DNA of 64,000 nt from Alphaproteobacteria bacterium UBA3635 (GTDB lineage Bacteria; Pseudomonadota; Alphaproteobacteria; Rs-D84). The notes under the pieces were generated by a model. It was not told the origin of the DNA. It made no database searches and worked only from the letters and a program-made list of their open reading frames with translations. The translations under genes and the position numbers were made by a program. Below are positions 53,769 through 62,341 of the stretch, one piece after another; within the stretch, counting starts at the first letter, position 1; the number at the start of each line of letters is the position of its first letter. Where the stretch lies: positions 4,819 to 68,818 of the forward strand of contig DFKW01000002.1 of assembly GCA_002373935.1 (NCBI GenBank), in the 5' to 3' direction.

Positions 53769-54266
53769 AAGTGCGTTGCACTTTGTCCGGAATCTTTGCG
53801 GTGGATGTGTTTTGTATGCCGGGACTTTTATGGCCTTAGCAGATTTTTACAGGGAATTGAGTTCGAGTCGAAAACCCCGGCAAAACAAAACGTCCGTTTT
53901 TCTATTTTCGCGTTCGCGAAAAATAAAAAAACCGCCAAATCCTATGGGAAAAATGGCAGGGGTGTTAGAAAAATCAAAAACGCAATGATCCCGCAAGTAT
54001 TTCTACAGGCGGCACCCCGCCAAACACCAAATGTTTTGGGGGCTTTCAATCATATTGGGAAAAATATCTATTTATAAATCGTGAATAAACACCGACGATA
54101 AATAAATATCGGTGCAAAAAGTGAATTGTCACACAAAGCCACCCCCGATACGAATCGAATCGGGTATGATGGAACCTTTGGGGTAACGATGCAGGTTTTG
54201 CACCGGCGTTTTTGGGCTTTTCTAAAGACCCTGTTGAATCCAACTCCCATCAGGATTCACATTTGC

Positions 54267-54296
54267 ATTATAGAAAATGAAATTTATTTATTGCAA
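54267..54296 (-). promoter_or_regulatory. Candidate sigma70 promoter of paralog 2
   Basis: The minus strand reads TTGCAA, 18-nt spacer, TATAAT, at the same position as in copy 1. Confidence 0.6.
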
Positions 54297-54341
54297 GAAT
54301 ATTTTTGAACTGCCCCGTCTGTTTCGCTGACGTGATGGTTT

Positions 54342-54417
54342 GCCCGCCTTCGCCGATAACAGTAAAGTTTTTTTCTTAAAAAACGAACAATGCTACGGCG
54401 CGGCGCTCAATTTTTTA
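54342..54417 (-). repeat. 76-nt repeat family, copy E
   Basis: Identical to the reverse complement of copy B. Confidence 0.85.
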
Positions 54418-54576
54418 TCCTCGCGTTGCTTCGGTAAAAATTGGCGACGGGGAATGTCCAGAATAATAATTATTCATCAACCACAGTCGCGGCTCTGCGA
54501 CAGCAGAGACGGATGAACTCTGCCTGCGCCCCATAGCCCAACGGGCGACGGGGTGAACTCTGAAAACTGAACACTG

Positions 54577-54607
54577 AAAAAAACCGGCATACGCCGGTTT
54601 TTTTTTA
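54577..54607 (-). terminator. carD terminator
   Basis: CCGGC-GTAT-GCCGG hairpin with a T-run on the minus strand, immediately after the carD stop. Confidence 0.75.
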
Positions 54608-55177
54608 TTCCGTTGTGTCGGATGTGTCTTCGTCGCCATCGTCGTCGTCAACATCAACCGCGTTCAGGTCGATTTCTTTGGGCACACCCAATATATCTTC
54701 AATCTTTTCAGATGCCGCGTCCACATCCATTTTATGCAATACCGCAAATTCTTGGGCCATACGTTCCAACGCACGCAGGTATAACTGACGCGCAGAAAAT
54801 GTCATTGTGTCCGTCGGATTGCGCCGTTGCAAATCTCGTACAACCTCGGCCAATTTCATGGGGTCGCCCGAATTTATGTTTTCTTCGTATTGGGCGGCAC
54901 GACGCGACCAAATCATGCGTTTCGAACCCGCACGACCCTTGGCGGATGTGATTGCCTCGTCCATTTTTTTGGCAGATGTCAACGGGCGCAGGCCCGAAAT
55001 TTCCGCACGTTCCAATGGCACACGCAATGTCATGTGCGAAGATTCAAAATCAATAACCAATAACTTTACGGATTGGCCGGCGATAACCTGTTCCTCGATA
55101 CGTTGCAGACGACCCACACCCTGGGTCGGATACACAACATATTGACCGGTTTTAAAATCTAATTTCTTGCTTGGCAT
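54605..55177 (-). CDS. carD: CarD/CdnL-family transcription regulator with acidic C-terminal tail
   Basis: 190 aa from ATG 55177. N-terminal FKTGQYVVYPTQGVGRL Tudor-like block. Tail VDVDDDDGDEDTSDTTE. Confidence 0.85.
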   Translation of the reverse strand: MPSKKLDFKTGQYVVYPTQGVGRLQRIEEQVIAGQSVKLLVIDFESSHMTLRVPLERAEISGLRPLTSAKKMDEAITSAKGRAGSKRMIWSRRAAQYEENINSGDPMKLAEVVRDLQRRNPTDTMTFSARQLYLRALERMAQEFAVLHKMDVDAASEKIEDILGVPKEIDLNAVDVDDDDGDEDTSDTTE

Positions 55178-55272
55178 ACCATGTAACCTTTCGAGTTGCC
55201 ATTCCCTCTCGCTTGCTGTCTGCATTATAGCACAGAAAAACCAAAAAAACAAATTTTTATTTGGTTTTGGCG

Positions 55273-55704
55273 TTATTGACCCATGCCCGCCGGCGAAAAA
55301 CGTCCAATGTTGTTAAATAATTCCTGGATTGCATTTAACTCTATGGCCGCCGGTATTTCGGTTTCATCGTCGTCCATCGCAATTTGGGGCAAATCCGCAT
55401 CGTGCAAAACAGTTGTTTTTACAACATTATTGCCACGCACCGTTGCCAGCAACACCGTTTTGTTGTCGTATGTGTGCGGTAATGGCCCGCGATAGTTTTC
55501 ATCCATACCGTAATAAATCCAAACCTCGTCCCCATAGACCGTGCGCGCCAATGGGTCGCCAATTTCGTTTTGTAATTGGGTCGTGGTTTTAATTTTCGCA
55601 ACCCGCGATTCCAAATCGGCCGGAAACACGTATCCGCGATGCTTGGTCTGGAAAGTGCAACCCGCCATTATTACACAAACACATAAAATCAGTATCTTTT
55701 TCAT
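55273..55704 (-). CDS. bamE: Outer membrane protein assembly factor BamE-like lipoprotein
   Basis: 143 aa. Lipobox VIMAG-C. Layout of the SmpA/OmlA type (GY.F....L..I..G...). Confidence 0.65.
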   Translation of the reverse strand: MKKILILCVCVIMAGCTFQTKHRGYVFPADLESRVAKIKTTTQLQNEIGDPLARTVYGDEVWIYYGMDENYRGPLPHTYDNKTVLLATVRGNNVVKTTVLHDADLPQIAMDDDETEIPAAIELNAIQELFNNIGRFSPAGMGQ

Positions 55705-58700
55705 TTATTATCCCCATCGTCGTTATGCATTGCAAAATGCGCAATATATTTTTTCAGGTCTGTTTTATATTTATTGTTCGCCGTCGCACGTTCAATCAAT
55801 TTATCAAAATCAGGATTCGCCGAACGCGCCGCGCCAAAACGCGATTCTGTCTTGACAAATTCCGCCAATGGCGACACATTATCAACATCAGAATCCAATG
55901 TCAATGGATAGTGACCATCCGCAATCAGGCGCGGATCAAACCGATACAATGGCCACGCACCCGTTTTAACCAGGTTTTGTTGATGTTCCGGCCCGTTTTG
56001 CAGTGCAAACCCATGCGCGATACATGGCGCATACGCCAAAATAATCGATGGACCGTTGAAACTGGATGCCTCTTGGAAAGCACGCATAGATTGCGCCGGA
56101 TTCGCACCCAGTGCAATTTGTGCAACATACGCGCCCGACATCATGGCAATCATGCCCAAATCTTTTTTCGCATGTTCGCGTCCACCAATCGCAAATTTCA
56201 TAGATGCGCCGAACGGTGTGGCCTTGGACTGTTGCCCGCCGGTGTTGGAATAACCCTCGGTATCTAATATCAATACATTTACATTTTCGCCACTGTGCAA
56301 AATGTGGTCCAGGCCGCCGTATCCGATATCGTATGCCCAACCGTCACCGCCGATAATCCATAATGATTTATCAACAATGTTGTCAACCAAACTTTCCGCC
56401 AGGCGTGCCCGCGGGGACGGATTTTTCGCCAAAATCTCGCGCAATTTTTGTTCGTATTCGCGTTGGGCGTCAATGTTGGTCTCGGCAAACATTTCGTCCA
56501 CATTTGGAATATTCAATTCGTGCAATAATGCGTTCAGGTTTTTGCGTTTCTGGTTCAATGCAATTCGCATCCCCAGGCCGTATTCGGCATTATCTTCGAA
56601 CAAAGAATTTGACCATGCCGGCCCACGACCCGCCGCGTCCGTTGTCCATGGCGTTGTCGGCAAATTCGCCCCATAAATCGACGAACACCCCGTCGCATTT
56701 GCCACAATCATATGGTCACCAAACAGGTGCGCCAACAATTTAATATATGGCGTTTCACCACAACCGGCGCATGCACCCGGAAACTCGAAATAATGGGGCA
56801 ATAATTCAACATGTTTTGGAATATTCAAATTCAGTTTTGAACGCGGCAAATCCGGAATTTTCTGTGCGGCATCAAATCGTTCCTGGGCATTTCCGGCGTC
56901 GCGCGCGTTTATCATTGCCAACGCATGTACCGGGCAATTTTTAACACACACGCCACATCCCGTACAATCAGCGGGCGAGATGTTTAATGTGTAATACATA
57001 TCCGGTCCCAATTCAGGCGTCTTCATCGGAACCACAATCACACCCGATTTGCGTGCCGCGTCGGCATCAGCCGCCGTCATGGCGCGAATGCGAATTGCCG
57101 CGTGTGGACACAACATGGAACATTTTCCGCACTGGATACATTTTTCTAAATCAACAGATGCCACGCGAGGCGATATTCCACGCTTTTCATACTTTGATGT
57201 GCCAACCGGATATTCGCCGGCGGCAAAATCACCACCCGCACGGAATCGCGACACCGGAATCGCATCGCCACGCCCCGCCGCCATTTCACCCAATGTGCCG
57301 GCGATAATTGCAGGGGCGTCCGCCGTCATGGCCGGAATAAAATCAGGCGCATTTTTTGACACACTGCCCGGCAATTTATATTCGCGCAAATATTTGGACG
57401 CCATATCAACCGCCGCCCAGTTCGCATGCACAACATCCATACCCTTCTTTTTATATGTCTTTTCAATTGCGTCACGCGCAGATTTCGCCGCGACAGACGG
57501 GTCAATAATGCGCATCAAATTAAAGAAGTTTATCATAATAAATGTGTTGATACGGTTGCCCAACCCCAATTCCGCCGCCGCCGTGTTTGCATCCAAAAAA
57601 TACACGCGCGCACGCATCCGTATCAGTTGTTCTTGGGCGTCACGCGGCAGGTTTGCAAATGCCTCGTCGGGCGATTGAGATGTGTTTATCATAACAATTC
57701 CGCCCGCGCGTAATGCACGAAATACATCATATCGCGTGGCAATCATGAAATTTGACACACCGATAAAATCCGCCGATTCAACCAAATATTGACTTTTAAT
57801 TGGACGCGGGGAAAACCGGATGTGCGATGTGGTAAGGCCACCCGATTTTTTTGAATCATATACCGCATAAGATTGCGGATATAAATCAGAATTTTCGCCG
57901 ACAATTTTTACAATATTTTTAACCGCGCCAACCGTGCCATCGGACCCAATGCCGTATAACAACGCGGTTTTGACATCCGGTGTTTCAATCGCAAATGTCG
58001 GATCGGTCTGTAATGATAACCCGGATAAATCGTCGTCTATTCCAACCGTAAAATTGTGGTGCATCGTGCCCAAAATCATATTTTCATAAATCGCCTTGAC
58101 ATCGCGCGGGGCAAATTCCTTGCTGCCCAAACCATAGCGACCGCCAAACACAGATACGCCCGCCGGCGCGATTGATGCAACATCGGTGTATAACGGTTCA
58201 CCAATGGAACCCGGTTCCTTGGTCCGGTCCAAAACCGCGATTTGTTTTACCGACTTTGGCAGGGCCGCCAAAAACGCATCCACCGGGAAAGGCCGATACA
58301 AATGAATCTTTAACAATCCACATTTTTTCGGCATAAATGGCAAAGATTCCTCTATCGTTTCGCACGCAGAACCCATCGCAACAATTACAAATTCGGCATC
58401 TTTATCACCAACATATTCCACCAAATGATATTGCCGAGAGGTTAAATTTGCCAATTCATCCATACAACCCTGCACGATTTCCGGCAATTTTTGATACAGC
58501 GGGTTGACGGCCTCGCGTCCCTGAAAATAAACATCGGGGTTTTGTGCGGTACCGCGAATCGTCGGGTGTTCCGGCGACATGCCACGGGCGCGATTTTCCA
58601 AAACATAAGCGTCAGGAATCATTTCACGCAACACATCGTCCGATATGCGGGTCAAACGCGATTCCTCGTGCGAGGTGCGAAACCCATCAAAAAAATGCAA

Positions 58701-59195
58701 AAAAGGAACACGTGCGCGCAATGTTGCCGCATGCGCAACGGCCGCCAAATCATGCGCCTGTTGTACATTGTGCGATGACAACATCGCAAATCCCGTCGAA
58801 CGCACAGACATAACATCACTGTGGTCGCCAAAAATCGACAGCGCATGTGTTGCCAATGCGCGCGCCGCGACATGCATAACAAAAGGCGTTTGTTCACCGG
58901 CAATTTTATACATGTTTGGAATCATTAATAATAAACCCTGGGATGCGGTAAAAGTTGTTGCCAACGCACCCATTTGCAACGCACCGTGCATTGCGCCGGC
59001 AGCACCACCCTCGGATTCCATTTCGATAATTTCCGGGATTGCACCCCAGATGTTTTTTTTATGCTGAAACGCCCATGCGTCCGCCAATTCACCCATAGTG
59101 CTGCTGGGGGTGATGGGGTAAATTGCCGCAAAATCAACACAACGATACGCGACATCTGCCGCCGCCCAGTTTCCATCAACGATTAAATTTGCCAT
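55701..59195 (-). CDS. nifJ: Pyruvate:ferredoxin (flavodoxin) oxidoreductase
   Basis: 1164 aa. Single-chain PFOR layout, two ferredoxin-type clusters (CIQCGKCSMLCP, CTGCGVCVKNCP) and a TPP-binding GGDGWAYDIG block. Confidence 0.95.
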   Translation of the reverse strand: MANLIVDGNWAAADVAYRCVDFAAIYPITPSSTMGELADAWAFQHKKNIWGAIPEIIEMESEGGAAGAMHGALQMGALATTFTASQGLLLMIPNMYKIAGEQTPFVMHVAARALATHALSIFGDHSDVMSVRSTGFAMLSSHNVQQAHDLAAVAHAATLRARVPFLHFFDGFRTSHEESRLTRISDDVLREMIPDAYVLENRARGMSPEHPTIRGTAQNPDVYFQGREAVNPLYQKLPEIVQGCMDELANLTSRQYHLVEYVGDKDAEFVIVAMGSACETIEESLPFMPKKCGLLKIHLYRPFPVDAFLAALPKSVKQIAVLDRTKEPGSIGEPLYTDVASIAPAGVSVFGGRYGLGSKEFAPRDVKAIYENMILGTMHHNFTVGIDDDLSGLSLQTDPTFAIETPDVKTALLYGIGSDGTVGAVKNIVKIVGENSDLYPQSYAVYDSKKSGGLTTSHIRFSPRPIKSQYLVESADFIGVSNFMIATRYDVFRALRAGGIVMINTSQSPDEAFANLPRDAQEQLIRMRARVYFLDANTAAAELGLGNRINTFIMINFFNLMRIIDPSVAAKSARDAIEKTYKKKGMDVVHANWAAVDMASKYLREYKLPGSVSKNAPDFIPAMTADAPAIIAGTLGEMAAGRGDAIPVSRFRAGGDFAAGEYPVGTSKYEKRGISPRVASVDLEKCIQCGKCSMLCPHAAIRIRAMTAADADAARKSGVIVVPMKTPELGPDMYYTLNISPADCTGCGVCVKNCPVHALAMINARDAGNAQERFDAAQKIPDLPRSKLNLNIPKHVELLPHYFEFPGACAGCGETPYIKLLAHLFGDHMIVANATGCSSIYGANLPTTPWTTDAAGRGPAWSNSLFEDNAEYGLGMRIALNQKRKNLNALLHELNIPNVDEMFAETNIDAQREYEQKLREILAKNPSPRARLAESLVDNIVDKSLWIIGGDGWAYDIGYGGLDHILHSGENVNVLILDTEGYSNTGGQQSKATPFGASMKFAIGGREHAKKDLGMIAMMSGAYVAQIALGANPAQSMRAFQEASSFNGPSIILAYAPCIAHGFALQNGPEHQQNLVKTGAWPLYRFDPRLIADGHYPLTLDSDVDNVSPLAEFVKTESRFGAARSANPDFDKLIERATANNKYKTDLKKYIAHFAMHNDDGDNK

Positions 59196-59313
59196 ATCTT
59201 TTTCGTCCCTTTGAATTTTTATCCCCTAAATCATAGCCACATTTGCAAATATTATCAAGCCCAAAGTTCCCCGCCAAATTCTACCACAGCAACGCGTGCA
59301 TTAAAAAAAACAT

Positions 59314-59532
59314 AGGATTCAAACCAATCGACACAGTATAAAAATAAAATCGGCATAAATGCCGATTTGAAAATTCGCAACGCGTCAATGCCGATAATCG
59401 CGGCTTTGCCTGCGGCAAAGACGGATGGCGGAGCGTGTAGGATTTGAACCTACGGACCGCGTTACCACGGTCACGGATTAGCAATCCGCTGCATTTACCC
59501 CTCTGCCAACGCTCCGGATGGTTGGTATTATA
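59314..59532. repeat. 219-bp direct repeat, copy 1 (tRNA-Ser(GCT) plus 112-nt tail plus 17 nt upstream)
   Basis: Differs from 60290-60508 at a single position (59516 G versus 60492 T). Confidence 0.95.
59426..59515 (-). tRNA. tRNA-Ser, anticodon GCT, copy 1
   Basis: Acceptor GGAGCGT/ACGCTCC, anticodon stem GCGGA/TCCGT with loop TTGCTAA, long variable arm, T arm GTAGG-TTCAAAT-CCTAC, encoded CCA. Confidence 0.9.
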
Positions 59533-59548
59533 TATTTTTTTGCACCTT

Positions 59549-60049
59549 TTATTTATTTTTCAGGTATATTGATTGTTCGTGGTGTACAAATGCAGCCATA
59601 ATCTTGGAAATATCAAGGTTAGGATATCTTTCAATTTGTTGTTTTCGGTTTTGATTAAATTCTGCTATCGCACGCTCAAACATTTCATCCAAACTGATTG
59701 GATTTAATATTTCAATTTTATTTGCACCGCATTGATAAATTCCTATCCCGTCCATGCAACGTTCTTTGAATACATTGGTCAGGGGTTGTATTTCGTATAT
59801 TGTATGTTGTTGATATTCGGTGTTGTCCCAAATTAACATACTTTGCCACAACATAGTATCAAAAGCACCCTCGGCAAAATGCAGAACGGCTTTTTTTATG
59901 CCCTTATAATCTTTTGTTATATTTGGAATGCTTGCTGTATATTTTGTTCCATACTGTATTTTTGACGAGTCTGTAATATGATAAGCACTCCAAAAAAGGG
60001 ATGGGAGTGCAATAATTTTATAATATATTGGTTTAAACTCGTTTGCCAT
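59549..60049 (-). CDS. Hypothetical protein (166 aa), the only gene between the two tRNA-Ser(GCT) copies
   Basis: ATG 60049 after an AAGGAAG SD. Has its own strong promoter. No recognisable family. Confidence 0.65.
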   Translation of the reverse strand: MANEFKPIYYKIIALPSLFWSAYHITDSSKIQYGTKYTASIPNITKDYKGIKKAVLHFAEGAFDTMLWQSMLIWDNTEYQQHTIYEIQPLTNVFKERCMDGIGIYQCGANKIEILNPISLDEMFERAIAEFNQNRKQQIERYPNLDISKIMAAFVHHEQSIYLKNK

Positions 60050-60071
60050 TTTTTACTTCCTTTATGCCAAT

Positions 60072-60099
60072 AATATAACACAAAAATAAAAAATGTCAA
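60072..60099 (-). promoter_or_regulatory. Candidate sigma70 promoter of the 166-aa gene
   Basis: The minus strand reads TTGACA, 16-nt spacer, TATATT. Confidence 0.6.
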
Positions 60100-60164
60100 A
60101 TTTTATTACGATGCTTTTTTGTGGAATATAAATTAAAACCGACCAACAGGTCGGTTTAAATTTG

Positions 60165-60219
60165 TGGCGGAGCGTGTAGGAGTTCGCTCGACACATAAAT
60201 GTGTCTGTGCGGCATTCGT
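60165..60219 (-). other. Displaced 17-nt tRNA-Ser(GCT) 3' end fused to the conserved arm motif
   Basis: 60165-60181 is identical to the tRNA 3' end. The minus strand reads ACGAATGCCGCACAG-ACACATTTATGTGT-CGAGCGAAC then TCCTACACGCTCCGCCA. Confidence 0.75.
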
Positions 60220-60289
60220 ATTGTGTTTATTACACTGCCGTTTATAAACACAAACTCATAGTGAACCAAGGGACAACGATGTTGTCCAC

Positions 60290-60508
60290 AGGATTCAAAC
60301 CAATCGACACAGTATAAAAATAAAATCGGCATAAATGCCGATTTGAAAATTCGCAACGCGTCAATGCCGATAATCGCGGCTTTGCCTGCGGCAAAGACGG
60401 ATGGCGGAGCGTGTAGGATTTGAACCTACGGACCGCGTTACCACGGTCACGGATTAGCAATCCGCTGCATTTACCCCTCTGCCAACGCTCCTGATGGTTG
60501 GTATTATA
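60290..60508. repeat. 219-bp direct repeat, copy 2
   Basis: See 59314-59532. The repeat period is 976 bp. Confidence 0.95.
60402..60491 (-). tRNA. tRNA-Ser, anticodon GCT, copy 2
   Basis: Identical to copy 1. Confidence 0.9.
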
Positions 60509-60536
60509 CTGTTTTTTTTATCAAACACAAGTCAAA

Positions 60537-62324
60537 TTATTTCACGTGTTTATCGGTTTTGAACTGCATATCATACAGGACTTTATATGCACCGTTTTCG
60601 TTCTGCAATAATTCTTCGTGCGTGCCGGATTCAACAATTACACCCTGGTTGATAACCATAATTTTATTTGCGTTTTTAATTGTCGATAAACGGTGCGCAA
60701 TCACAAATACCGTTTTATCCCGCATCAGGTTTTCAATCGCACGTTGCACCACGGCCTCGGATTTATTATCCAGGGCGGATGTCGCCTCGTCCAGAACCAA
60801 AATCGGGGCATTTTTCAAAAATGCACGCGCAATCGCAACACGTTGTTTTTGTCCACCCGACAGCAACACCCCGCGTTCGCCAATTTGCGCGTCCAATCCA
60901 CCCGGTATCGTTTTTATAAAATCGTCCAGGCACGCCATTTCGACCGCGCGTTCTAAATCCGCCGCAGTGGCATTTTCATTGCCCATCATGATGTTTTCGC
61001 GGATTGTGCCACTGAACAAGAAATTGTCTTGGAATACGACGCCGATATTTGCACGCAAAGATTTTAATGTAATATCACGGACGTCCACACCATCAATCAA
61101 AACCGCGCCAGATGTCACATCGTAAAATCGGGGCAATAAACTTACCACCGTGGATTTACCACCCCCCGAATTACCAACAAAAGCGATTGTTTCACCGCGT
61201 TTGACCCGGAAATTTATGTCGCGCAAAACTGGCACGCCCGGCGTATATTCAAAGTTTACATTTTTAAATTCAATTTCATGGATATCCGGTGACATGTCGC
61301 GCGCGCCCGGATTATCTGTGATGGCGGGTTTTGCATCCAAAATATCAAACACGCGTTCGATTGCCAAAAACGACATCAATACCGAATTATATGTTCCACC
61401 AATTGATTTAATCGGGGTGTATAACATAATCAATGCAGTCAAAAACGACACAAAACTACCCGCGGTGATTATGCCATGCAAAATCAAATACGAACCAAAC
61501 CAAATTGCCAAACCAATACCAACCGATAAAATCACATGCATAACCGGCGTCAGCCAGCGTGTGCGTTGCAACATCTTCATACGCAGGCGAAATACCCCAT
61601 CCAACACACGTTCAAATTTATTGCGTTGATTCCCGTCCAGGTTATATGAAATAATCGTTTTGTTTCCATTATATGTTTCGTTATACGCGGTCAACAAAGC
61701 CGAATCCGCAACAATCGTTTGATTCATAATACTGTTTATTTTTTTGCGAACCAATGTCATCGGCATCATTGACAACAACATAATCGCAACACAGACCAAT
61801 GCCAATTGCCACGAATTATAAAACAACACCGCAATCAACGATACCGCCGTGAAAAATTTTTGAACAAAAGATTTCAAATTATTCAACAGTCCCGAACACG
61901 CCATTTCGGCATTATTATTGAACATGAAAATCACATCGCCGGAATTTTTCTTGTTAAAAAATTCCGTTTCAAATGCCAGCATTTTTTTATACAAATCCAG
62001 TTTTAATAAATTCGTAGTTTTTGCACCAACCCATGTATTCAAATATTCCGCCATGTAACGCAGGACACCCTGGACAATAGTAAAACCGATAATCATCAAC
62101 GGAATATACCACGCCGTTTGCAGGTTTTTATCAATCATAACCACATCCATGTATGGTTTTAACGATAATGCAATTACCGCGTCCAATGAACCAACCGGTA
62201 TCGCAACCAACACCGATAACAATGCACGAAACCAAAACGGTTTCATATACGGCCACATGCGTTTGTAATTTTCAACAAACATATTATGCAAAATTTTATC
62301 GCGAATATCTTTGGTCAGTTTCAT
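60537..62324 (-). CDS. msbA: ABC exporter, fused permease/ATPase (MsbA-like)
   Basis: 595 aa. Six-TM exporter domain plus an NBD (GNSGGGKST, LSGGQKQR, LVLDEATSALD). Substrate is not determinable from sequence. Confidence 0.75.
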   Translation of the reverse strand: MKLTKDIRDKILHNMFVENYKRMWPYMKPFWFRALLSVLVAIPVGSLDAVIALSLKPYMDVVMIDKNLQTAWYIPLMIIGFTIVQGVLRYMAEYLNTWVGAKTTNLLKLDLYKKMLAFETEFFNKKNSGDVIFMFNNNAEMACSGLLNNLKSFVQKFFTAVSLIAVLFYNSWQLALVCVAIMLLSMMPMTLVRKKINSIMNQTIVADSALLTAYNETYNGNKTIISYNLDGNQRNKFERVLDGVFRLRMKMLQRTRWLTPVMHVILSVGIGLAIWFGSYLILHGIITAGSFVSFLTALIMLYTPIKSIGGTYNSVLMSFLAIERVFDILDAKPAITDNPGARDMSPDIHEIEFKNVNFEYTPGVPVLRDINFRVKRGETIAFVGNSGGGKSTVVSLLPRFYDVTSGAVLIDGVDVRDITLKSLRANIGVVFQDNFLFSGTIRENIMMGNENATAADLERAVEMACLDDFIKTIPGGLDAQIGERGVLLSGGQKQRVAIARAFLKNAPILVLDEATSALDNKSEAVVQRAIENLMRDKTVFVIAHRLSTIKNANKIMVINQGVIVESGTHEELLQNENGAYKVLYDMQFKTDKHVK

Positions 62325-62341
62325 TTATGACATCCCTTTTA

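Larger units (their letters stand above)
53893..54459 (-). promoter_or_regulatory. Conserved ~570-bp leader/upstream module, copy 2
   Basis: Its reverse complement aligns block-wise to 30465-31032. Confidence 0.8.

Noticed and set aside
54068-54250. 60-aa ORF in the paralog 2 leader, and the 72-aa ORF at 30595-30813 on the opposite strand of the paralog 1 leader
   Set aside because: The corresponding frame in the other leader copy is closed (KGVGFRWL then stop), and the conserved nucleotide blocks fall in different frames in the two copies. The conservation is therefore at the RNA/DNA level, not the protein level.
59281-59484. 67-aa ORF, with a 72-aa ORF at 60242-60460 sharing an identical N-terminus (MLIRDRGNAVRRFKSYTLRH...)
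   Set aside because: Both read straight through the tRNA-Ser(GCT) gene and its tail. The identity is simply the 219-bp repeat.
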